A stretch of DNA of 56,082 nucleotides, filler included, from Stramenopiles sp. TOSAG23-6 (Eukaryota): assembly GCA_900128565.1 (NCBI GenBank). It is 3 parts of 3 records of this genome, joined end to end, with 100 filler letters (N's around TTAATTAATTAA, not from the genome) between each part and the next. Parts side by side here need not be neighbours in the genome. Positions count along the whole stretch, not along the records: positions 37,653 to 56,082 come from LT636062.1; 2 more parts are not named here. One strand, given 5' to 3'. This document shows, in pieces, positions 46,987-56,082 of this stretch. Position numbers and translations under genes: made by a program. The notes beneath the pieces are model-generated. The model ran no database searches and was not told where the DNA came from. It saw only the letters and a program-made list of their open reading frames with translations. How positions within the stretch are numbered: the first letter of the stretch is position 1; each line of letters begins with the position of its first letter.

Positions 46987-47798
46987 TTAGCAGGTTGAAA
47001 ATTACATATGTAAAATTTTTATTTCAATAAATAAATGATTGAGCTAGTTTTTTATACAAAAACTGATGCTCATTTTACCGGCTGCTGCACTACAATTAAT
47101 TAAATTGTGATTAATATGTACAAAAGTCTAGAAAGCTGTCTTGAAGTTACGGTAATCTTGCCTGGGATTTTCGTCTTTGATAACGATACCAGCAAAAACA
47201 AAAAAACAGTATAATTACTAGCAAACCAGCAGATCCAATAAATATCCAATTAAGCGAACAATCACTCGCCCCAAATGCCTCATAAGGGAATTTACATTTG
47301 CACCCAATATCCAATTCATTATCCCCCCAGCATTCTTTACAATGGTGAATTTCAAAGTGTGCCTTTGGGTATTTAGTAGCCAGACCATTTATAACAATTT
47401 CTGTTTAGTGCGTTATAATTTGCGTAGGAACATGTTCCGTCCGTAGGGTCCCATTTCCATGGAGATTCACAATTTGACATTTTATGATTAGTAATCAAAA
47501 GTTGTGAAAATGATAAATCAATATCTATACAAGGACCCGAAAAGGATGAAAAGTGAAACGACAGTGAAACGGGGTATTGAGACACCTGATCTCACTGGAC
47601 AGACCTGTTCTTACACAACCTTTTTGGTTTTGAGTTTGAGACTCTGAGAGGCTTCGAATAGTACCGGGGTACCAGTACCTATACGTGGATATTTATTCCC
47701 ACACTTTAAATATAGTTTACTTATTTATACACAGAACATACTACAGTCGGCAATAAAGTCAATTTTCATTAACTAGTTTTGTCACTGCTTTTAACGTA

Positions 47799-49678
47799 AT
47801 GGATAGCGTACATCGTGGCAACGCATTCTTCGTTGATGGTAAATTTGAAGAGGCTATCAAGGAGTACGATGCTGCAGCTTCTTCTCACCCGCGTTTGGCG
47901 GATGTTTTCCTAAAACGTTCAGCCGCACACGCTCAGTTACAGAATTATGAGCAGTCATTAGAGGACGCCAATAGGGCAATCCAGTTGAATGAAGCATCCA
48001 ACTATTTAAGCTTCTATCGCAAAGGTTTTGCGTGTTTCTGGTTAGATGAGTTTGAGTCAGCAAAGACGTCTTTTGAGTCTGGTCTGAAACTTTTGGAGGG
48101 TAGTACAAACAATCTTTCTAATGCGCGTGTTTCGAAAGAGTTCAAACAGTGGGTGAGTAAGTGCAATGCTGAGATTGAAGAGGAAGAAGACAGTGATAGT
48201 GATGGTAGTAGTGATGGGGTAATTGAAGAAAAAGGTATTTCTCCAAAGTTGGCCCAAAAGTCTGGTATATCTGTTTCCTCAACGTCTGACCAGATAAAGA
48301 GGCAGGTTCGTGCTGCACGTCATGAGTTTTATCAGACTCCAACGCAAGTTGTTATCACAATCTTTGCGAAAAATATAAAGAAGGAAGACGTGCGTTTTCA
48401 TCATGAATTACATATTTTTTTTTTATTCGTACGAAATTTTGTACCTAACAAATTTCGAATTTATTTTTTTTTACAATACATGTACAAGTTGATTTTACCG
48501 AAACTAATTTCAATATTGAATTTCCACTTTCAACTGGGTCTTCCTATGCGTGTACGTATTCATCATGAATTTCTAATTTATTTTTCATACGAAATTTTGT
48601 ACCTAACAAATTTTTAAAATTTTTTTTTGACTTTTTTATTTCAAAACGTTTTCATCATGAATTTCAAATTTATTTTTCATACGAAATTTTTGTAGAAAAC
48701 AAAAACGATTTCTGTTTATATTTTTTTTCATAGAAAATTTGGTACCTAACAAAAGAAAATTGTTATATTTTTTAATTTTACATGGGATTTTGATACCTTT
48801 GGTAAAATAGTTCCCGAAAAATGTACATTTCGAACCTGTGCTCCAAAAGTTGAAATAAAACTAATAAAATCTGGTGCTTTGCATGAACGTTTCCACAGTT
48901 GAATTTTTGACATAATTTTTTTTTGGTACGAAATTTTGTACCTAACAACTTTTTTACAAAAAGAATATTTTTTCACAAAACATTGGCCATGTTTAGAAGG
49001 TCATGGGATTGCTGGTGGTGCTCATGCAGTTGCAGTTACAAAAAAAGTAAATTCGGCACCGACGCCTTATGTACATTTTCATCATGATTTTTTTCCTAAT
49101 TTGTTTTCATACGAAATTTTGTACCTAACGAATTATTTTTGGACCGAAAAAAAAAAGATATTTTTTCACAGTTCATGCCTCAAAACGAGATTGGTCAAAA
49201 GTTGAGAAGGAAATTGAAAAAGAGCTCGAGGCAGAGAAACCTGAAGGAGAAGAAGCACTACAGAAATTATTCAAAGATGTTTGTTTTAATCATGAATTTT
49301 AAATTTTTTTTTTTTTTGGTAGAAAATTTTGTACCTAACGAAAAAAAAAAATATATTTTTTTTTTTAATACAGATTTACTCCAAGGCGAGCGATGAAACA
49401 AGACGTGCAATGAATAAAAGTTTTCAGACATCTGGCGGCACTGTCCTATCCACTAATTGGGATGAAGTTGGAAAAACGGATTATGAGAAAGAGAAACAAG
49501 CTCCAGATGTACCTTTTCATCATGAATTTATTAATTTATTTTTTTTTTTTTTTTGGTAAAAAAATTTTGTACCTAACAAAAAATCAAATTTTTGAAATAT
49601 TTTTTCACTATACATGGTATGCAATGGAAGAGGTATGATGGGAAAAAAGTTGAAGGTTTAAAAAAGGAAGACAAATAA
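47799..49678 (+). CDS. SGT1: SGT1 co-chaperone (TPR-CS-SGS), 7 exons
   Basis: TPRs; RHEFYQT..V.ITIFAK (CS); [20 protein letters not shown] and APDGMQWK (SGS). Confidence 0.95.
48390..48481 (+). mobile_element. Introner-like intron, GT-AT
   Basis: GAC|GTGCGT...CAATACAT|GTA gives KKEDVQVDF. Confidence 0.85.
48552..48783 (+). mobile_element. Composite introner-like intron (2-3 internal units), GT-AT, 232 nt
   Basis: T|GTACGT...TTACAT|GG gives [17 protein letters not shown]. Confidence 0.8.
48885..48983 (+). mobile_element. Introner-like intron, GA-AT
   Basis: CAT|GAACGT...CAAAACAT|TGG gives [15 protein letters not shown] (conserved end of the CS domain). Confidence 0.8.
49071..49176 (+). mobile_element. 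Introner-like intron, GT-AT (skips CAG at -5)
   Basis: TAT|GTACAT...CACAGTTCAT|GCC gives [10 protein letters not shown]. Confidence 0.87.
49279..49373 (+). mobile_element. Introner-like intron, GT-AG
   Basis: GAT|GTTTGT...AATACAG|ATT gives KLFKDIYSKA. Confidence 0.88.
49509..49615 (+). mobile_element. Introner-like intron, GT-AT
   Basis: GAT|GTACCT...CTATACAT|GGT gives APDGMQWK. Confidence 0.88.
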
Positions 49679-49749
49679 GAATTGCTTCAAGTAATATTTT
49701 TCATGAAAAAAAAATACATTTGGAATTCTTTTTATTTCAAATTGATTTT

Positions 49750-50743
49750 TTATTTTTCATCTCTTAATAAAATCAATAATTTAGAAAAACAACTTCCTCT
49801 TGATATATTTTTGTGAATGTTATTAGAGAAAAATGTTGATAGTAATTGAACACACTGATGACTCAGTTTCTGGCAAAGCATTTCAGAGTCAATGTGGGAT
49901 AATACACAAAGTAGTTCAAAACTAGCAAGTGATAACTCATATTCTACATGTGTTGGACATGTATTGTGAAAAAACACGAAATTACAAAAACAATCGTTAG
50001 GTACGAAATTTCGTACGAAAAAAAAATAAATTTGAAATTGAAAAAAAATAAAACGTACATGGAGAACGCATTACCTCAATTATAGTTGCAATGCCGTCAG
50101 TCTCGCAGAAATATGGAAATAATGAATAATTTGTATTAAGGAAAGCTTGAAGACAATTAGCAGAAGCGATTCGAAGACTACAGGGGTTTGGTTGTGTTTT
50201 CAGTATGGTAATTAAAGACAATAAAAAGGATTTTTTATCAGAAAAAATGTATAGTGAAAAAATATATCTAAAAAAAACGTTAGGTACAGAATTTGGGTGA
50301 AAACTAAAAATGAAACAAATGATAAAAATGTACATGAATGCAGATTCTTTTGTAGGTAATGCACCCAAAAGAATAAAACCATTGACACATGTAATGAGGC
50401 GTGTGAGCAATATATCACTAGATTTATATGGGCTATGTGCACAGTTGACAATGACATTTATCATCTTTAAAAGTAAACTAGTGCTATTTAGCGAGCGAAA
50501 TAGCCGCATTGTTTCTAGTTGCTGACTGCACGACACTAAAATTTCAAGTAAATGGTCAAATGGGTGAATATCTACACTAAATAACGTTTTGCATGTCATT
50601 TCAGGTAATATGTTACAACAACTACTTAGAGCAGCAGTTATTTCGCCTACGTCGACTTGGGTCTTTAGCCAAGTATCTAATTCTAAATCTAGGGCATGAT
50701 GAACGGTTGTAACTTCTTCAGAACAAGATTTTTTTAAAGTCAT
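49750..50743 (-). CDS. Hypothetical ARM/HEAT-like helical protein; GT-AT introns at 50247-50333 and 49959-50058
   Basis: Leu-rich helical sequence. Both introns carry the family motifs and give an in-frame product. Confidence 0.6.
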
Positions 50744-51096
50744 TCAATAAACACTGTTTCAAGCAAAACACAGCCGTGAGAATAGCCTTTTAGAAAATAG
50801 AATGGCCTCAAGTTTTATCAATTTGCTTATAATATTCAATGCAGTGAGTCGGTCTAATAATATACGTAGGAGTGTAGGTGGGTGTACATTTTTCCTTGAT
50901 GTTTTTTCAAAGTTTGATGGTCAAAAAAAAAGTACTATTTCGTGTTTTTTTAAACTTTATATTCATTCAGTGCGGCAGGTAACAATTGCCACGTTGTTGA
51001 TGATTGTTTTTGGTACCACAGTCATTTCAATCAAATAATATTTTAAAGCATCCCCCGGCGTGACCCCATCGTCATTCTGTTTCCATTGATTTTATA

Positions 51097-52632
51097 ATGA
51101 CAATTATGAATACTCTTTTATTACTTTGCGCTATATTTACTGAAATTCACGCCTCGCAGCAAGGGCTAACACTGAAACCGGCACTGGAGCCAAAGGAACT
51201 CTTCATGATGCCTCCTTTTGCTGATATAGATATGGACAGAAAAGTTGGGAAAGGAGTGAGCACTGAGAAAGTATCTCCTCAGGATACAGCTGCTACAATG
51301 TCAGCTTCAGGCGTTCCCGATACATATACTTCGAAGAACCCATATTCTGAAAATATTGCCACAAATTTACCCGTGGCTATGCCCTTTGCTGATCACAACC
51401 CAGATATGGACGGAAGAGTTGGTGAAGTAGTGAGCACTGAAGAAGTACCTTGGCATGAAGCTCCCACCATTATGTTACGTCAGACAGCAAAGCAAGCTAA
51501 AACACGTGCGAGAAAAGATGAAATTCAAGAAGATTTTGAATCTGCTGCTTTTTGCGACAAAGATAATTGCGAGAGTTTGTTCGACATCATTGAATGGTTA
51601 TCACTTGAAAAAACACTTCACTTAGTGATTAACGAGAAGAAGGATAACTCGGAAGATGTACCTGTTGTGACAATGAATGCACTATTTCCTAAGAAAGCTG
51701 GCGATAAGGAGCCTGCAATTTCTCATCTTAGGAAAGCCAAATTACCTTTTCGTGTGAAAGTTGATAATTCGGAAACAGCACTATTTCATGCAGTTCGCCA
51801 CAAACAAATATTCAACGCTAGGTTATTATTAAATAATGGAGCACTCCCAGATATACCAAACAAAAACGGTTGGCGCCCTATCCATATATCAGTTATTAAT
51901 CGAGACACTGAAATGTTAAGTGCACTCTTGGAGTTCAAAGCTCAAGATGTTATGATCCAAATGCGCTCACATAGTAGTATACATGTGGATCCCGGGGAAA
52001 AGGTAAGTCGAGTTGGTATGTCAGCGATTCATTTGGCTGTAAAGTATAATCAAATGGATTTATTGGAACAACTTTTGAAGAGTCCCCAGCAAAAATCTAA
52101 AACAAGTACAATTAACTCCAAATCATTCCATGGTGGTGATACCCCCTTGCATTTTGCGGTAAAAAATAGTAATATTGTTGCTACTTATCTTTTACTTGAT
52201 GCTGGAGCATTTGTGGATATCAGAAATGCTGAAGGAATTACGGCCGAGGGCATTGCTGATGAAATATTTAATGGTGAGCTTGCTGCCGAGACCAGTTTGT
52301 TTAGTGAACAAGCTTTAGAAGTATTACGGCTAATACGAGTTAAAGGAATTAGAAAATCTTCAAAGAAACGCAGTGGTGTTGATGAAGGTAGTACTAAAAA
52401 AGGTACTAAAAAAAAACCAAAGACAATGCCTGCTGAATCAGAAGAACGTTTTGNTNTTGAGGGTATTATTGCCCATAGACTCTTTGGNANAGGACACAAC
52501 AAACAAATGAAGTANTTGGTTCATTGGAAAGGTTATTCTGAAAATGAAGCCACTTGGGAACCAGAAGAAACACTCCAGAGTGATGTAGAAAGTTTATTAA
52601 CAGCTTATAAACTGGAGAACGATCTTCTCTAA
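51097..52632 (+). CDS. Ankyrin-repeat protein with a C-terminal chromodomain and a signal-peptide-like N-terminus
   Basis: GWRPIHISV, GDTPLHFAV; EGIIAHR...LVHWKGYSENEATWEPEETL. Confidence 0.85.
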   Translation: MTIMNTLLLLCAIFTEIHASQQGLTLKPALEPKELFMMPPFADIDMDRKVGKGVSTEKVSPQDTAATMSASGVPDTYTSKNPYSENIATNLPVAMPFADHNPDMDGRVGEVVSTEEVPWHEAPTIMLRQTAKQAKTRARKDEIQEDFESAAFCDKDNCESLFDIIEWLSLEKTLHLVINEKKDNSEDVPVVTMNALFPKKAGDKEPAISHLRKAKLPFRVKVDNSETALFHAVRHKQIFNARLLLNNGALPDIPNKNGWRPIHISVINRDTEMLSALLEFKAQDVMIQMRSHSSIHVDPGEKVSRVGMSAIHLAVKYNQMDLLEQLLKSPQQKSKTSTINSKSFHGGDTPLHFAVKNSNIVATYLLLDAGAFVDIRNAEGITAEGIADEIFNGELAAETSLFSEQALEVLRLIRVKGIRKSSKKRSGVDEGSTKKGTKKKPKTMPAESEERFXXEGIIAHRLFXXGHNKQMKXLVHWKGYSENEATWEPEETLQSDVESLLTAYKLENDLL

Positions 52633-52875
52633 TGGAGTAATTTATTAAAAACTGATTCATTGAACAATAATCTATAAAAGGACTTTGAAAGAGATATATA
52701 TTTCCTTAATTACTTTTAAAGTCAAATAAAACATTAAATTCAGAATGTTTATTTGGATATTGTGAATAAATTTTATTCGCTATAGAACTTTCTGTATATC
52801 TTGGAAAAAAATAAAAACACGAAATACACTGTAATTTTCGTATTGCAAATCTATCCTTTGATATTTGATTCATTG

Positions 52876-54073
52876 CTATACACACGAAAATTCAACGATA
52901 TTTTTGACACATCCGACTGCCACACTATATCTACGAGGGTGAAAATCACATTGTAACGCCTTTTGTTGGAATGTATTGTGAAAAACAATGTTTTAGTAAA
53001 AAAAAAATTAGGTACCAAATTTCGTACAAAAAAAAATTGAAAAAAAAAATCATAATGAAAATGTACATATACTTGGAAGTAAATCGTCTGAAGTTGAATT
53101 ACTATAAGCACTAGGGGATGTCTTACCCTCACGTTGTAGAACATTTTGAAGATTTCCACTATTATCAAATAAACAAACTCGATTACCATTTCCTGTGAAA
53201 GAATATTTCAAAAATTCAAAATGTTTTAGTATATTGTACGAGTTAAAATCTTTAGAAATTTAGAAATTTAAGTTTAAATTTGGTAGGAAAAAAAAAAAAC
53301 AATACATTTGAAACAAAAGATTCGAAATTTATGATGTAAAACAAACATATGTACCTGTAACAAAGAATTTATCATCATGGGACACTGAACATAAAAAGTA
53401 AAACAATATGTCAAATTTGAAATTCGTTACATATGCAATTTTTTTTACGAAAAAAAAAAATGTTACGAAATTTTTTTTACGAAAAAAAAAATTGTTACGA
53501 AATTTACGTACACTTATACTTATCGAAAATTAAATCTTGTAAATAAAGGTTTTTCAATTTAGGTCTTAAATATTCCTGTACGTTAATAGTTAATACTGGC
53601 ATATGTTCCATCCGCGCATCCCATAATTTCAAAGACATGTATTGTGAAAAAATATTTTTGTTTTTTGTTAGGTACAAAATTTTCTACCAAAAAAAAAAAA
53701 AATCCAAATTGAAAAAACTAAACATACATGTATTGTGAAAAAAAAATTCAAAAATTGTTTTTGTTTTGTTAGGTACAAAATTTCGTATGAAAAAAAAAAT
53801 TCAAAAAAAAAATTAAACATACATATAATCACGCATTAGCAATTGATGACCTGCATTGGTAAATTTAATATCGGAGATACATTCCAAAATTTCTGCGAAA
53901 AATGCATGTGATGATTTTGCCGAAGCATCTTTAAATTCTTTAACACTATTATCGCATAAGGCGGCAGTGCGCCTGTATTGTGAAAAAAAAAAATTGGTAA
54001 AAAAAAAATTGTTACAATTTTTTTTTACAAAAAAAAAAAAAAAAAAAATGGGAAAAAAAAAAATTTTTAAAAT

Positions 54074-54104
<31 letters not shown>

Positions 54105-55149
54105 TCGTGTTAGGGTTAGGGTTGGATGAAAAAGTACATATCAGCAAGTCTTACAGAACCAGTCGAAGTACTGTACGCAAAAATATGTGATTGACTAGGG
54201 TGGAACGTTGCCGCTGTAAGAACTTCAGAGAGAGATTCCATATCGGTTGGTTTCATATCGACACAAGTAAAGCAAGTATCTGAACGGTCCATATGCCATA
54301 TATTGTGAAAAAATAAATTCGAAATTCAAAAAAAACAAAAAATGTTAAGTACGAAATTTGGTACGAAAAAGAAAATAAATTTAAAATTCATGATGAAACA
54401 CATACAAACATTTACTCGTAAGTCATCGGATGACAAGAAGCTTTCGCCATCGCTACATACTGAAAGAGAATTAATATGATATGCCTATAATTGAAAAAAT
54501 ATGTCAAAATGTAAAGTTCTTTAGTTACAGAATGTTTTTGAAAAAAATTCAATACATTCAAAATTGAAAAAAGTACATGAGCGTTTGCAAATACTTTTTT
54601 CTCTGTCGTCGGGCAGTCACTGTGTGTTACACTATCCGCCACACTACTCCTATCATCTTTATTCTCAGGATGTATTTTCCAAAGTTTTATAGTTTTATCA
54701 TTAGTTGTTAGTAAGAATTGAGACCGATTCGGTCGAGGTAACCAAGTTAGGTGATTGATTCGTTCTTCAATTTCGAGGCTCCTTAAGTAGTCAAATTCTC
54801 TATTATGTGATTGAAACGCAGTATGTCTTCTATAGATCCTATTTAAATGTTTTGCTTCCCCAGTGTAGTTTTCAATCGATCCCTTTTCACCACTACAATT
54901 ATACACGTAAACACCTCCAAGGGTGTCACCTGCAGCGACGAGTTCACCACAGTTGCTATATGCTAGTGCAGATATTTCATGAGTTACTGATTCTGTGTCT
55001 GTATCCATAGAATCGCCATTTGCTCCATTTGATTGTATTAAATCTGTATTCGTACAAGCAAGAACTTGACCTAGTTGCCACTGATGTGGAGAAGTTTTAT
55101 TAGCTGGTAGGCTTACAGTACTATCGATATCCATAGCACTAGTTACCAT
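52876..55149 (-). CDS. PPP2R2: PP2A regulatory subunit B55/PR55 (WD40); introns 54485-54576 (AG), 54298-54405, 53973-54137 (AG), 53728-53822, 53637-53727, 53391-53511, 53188-53346, 52971-53066
   Basis: FQSH..EFDYLRSLEIEERIN, TNDKTIKLWKI. Splicing restores NAHAYHINS, DDLRVNVW, DMRTAALCD, RDYMSLKLWD, IFDKYKC and FHP. Confidence 0.93.
53637..53822 (-). mobile_element. Two abutting introner-like introns with a zero-length exon
   Basis: AT|GTATGT..CACAATACAT|GTATGT..CACAATACAT|G; each unit has its own TACCTAAC. Confidence 0.85.
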
Positions 55150-55899
55150 GGTCTCGTCAATCTATATTTTTCATATATGGTAATTGAATAAAAGTTAGAT
55201 AGAAAACGTCACAAAACTGCAAGAAACAAAAAGAAACAGTACACGATAATAACGATAATAGCATACAACTGTGTATCTTTCTCATATGAAAAAGGAAAAA
55301 AATGGTGGGAAACAGTCTGAGTGATAGGACAACTTACTGCAAGCATTAATTAGGTCTACAAATATTGCATACACTTTTTGGACTTAAAAAGTATGAGCTA
55401 TTATAATATAGATTGATTTTTCAAGGTTTCCGTTCAGTAATCTTTTCTATGTGAATGAGAGAAATCGACTTTCTGGATTTTCCTTATCAGAAGATGAAGC
55501 TAAAATAAGTTTATTTTCTGGATCTCGATTGAAAATTGAAAAAAACATCAAAAAAAAAAATACAAAAATTTTCGAGAGATCTCAGATTCTCATTGATGTG
55601 ATGTCTTCAAAAATTTCGACAGGTTTGTTTGCGCGCTCAGAATAAATTCCGAAATTGGAAAAACGATGACGAAAAAAAATATATGAAGATTTGAATGATG
55701 ATTGAAGAAGTATGGTCCTCAGGACTATTATATATCATCAAGGATATCTTTTAGTTGCATTTTTCAAAATCAACGATGAGAACAAAAAAAGAGTTTCGTT
55801 TCATACAAAATTCAAACGGTTGTATTTGAAAAAATCCCAACCCTAAAAAAAATATTTTTTCAAAATACCATAAAATAATTTATATTTCAAACTTAATCA

Positions 55900-56016
55900 T
55901 TAATGCTCTAATACGTAATGACTTGGATATTTCGCAATATGTTTAAGCATTTCTTTTTTTTGTTCCTTCAAGTGCTCAGGTAGGTCAGCATATACATCAT
56001 TGAACATTTCGTTAAC
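55900..56016 (-). CDS. BCKDHA: Last exon of branched-chain 2-oxoacid dehydrogenase E1 alpha
   Basis: Translates VNEMFNDVYADLPEHLKEQKKEMLKHIAKYPSHY (not in the ORF track), like the BCKDH E1-alpha C-terminus. Confidence 0.75.
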   Translation of the reverse strand, partial: VNEMFNDVYADLPEHLKEQKKEMLKHIAKYPSHYVLEH

Positions 56017-56082
56017 ATGTGTTTTGTAAAAATATTTCAAAAAAAAAAACTAAAATTTGTTAGGTACAAAATTTCGTACGAA
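56017..56082 (-). mobile_element. 3' part of an introner-like intron, ending CAT
   Basis: TTCGTACGAAATTTTGTACCTAAC...CAAAACACAT|GTT. Confidence 0.8.

Noticed and set aside
47100-47585. Small Cys-rich membrane protein gene on the minus strand
   Set aside because: Interrupted by several stops, with no recognisable homology.
50802-51038. Small gene with a possible GT-AG intron (50884-50970)
   Set aside because: No recognisable protein and no family branch motif, so it cannot be supported.
52851-53189. 112-aa hydrophobic ORF
   Set aside because: It is an alternative frame of the last PP2A B55 exons.

Overview
AT-rich, gene-dense eukaryotic DNA. It is probably a protist, and a stramenopile-like single-cell or metagenome assembly is a guess. 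The window is three contigs (1-18804, 18905-37552, 37653-56082) joined by artificial N-TTAATTAATTAA-N linkers. It encodes eIF2B-epsilon, a sulfotransferase-like/GT8 fusion, an AIM24-family protein, an SOS1/SLC9C-like Na+/H+ exchanger, a FAM149-like protein, a DH-PH RhoGEF, a VHS-GAT protein, TPR and ankyrin proteins, ICT1/ArfB, an Sfi1-like protein, an ABCA transporter, SGT1, PP2A B55, the 3' end of BCKDH E1-alpha, two tRNA-Thr(AGT)-like genes and an orphan UPF1 fragment. The main signal is one repeated family of ~90-110 nt introner-like introns. Its consensus is GTAYGTTTTCATCATGAATT...TTTTCGTACGAAATTTTGTACCTAAC...ATATTTTTTCACAATACAT. I placed 30 complete non-redundant copies by restoring reading frames: 25 end in AT, 4 in AG and 1 in AA, and one of the AT-ending copies starts with GA. 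Several copies skip a CAG lying 5 nt upstream, two are stacked with a zero-length exon between them, and 22 of 30 follow an exonic AT (target-site-duplication-like). This points to a spliceosome or splicing mechanism that does not need the 3' AG. The middle contig is a 7.2-kb inverted duplication, possibly an amplification or assembly artefact.
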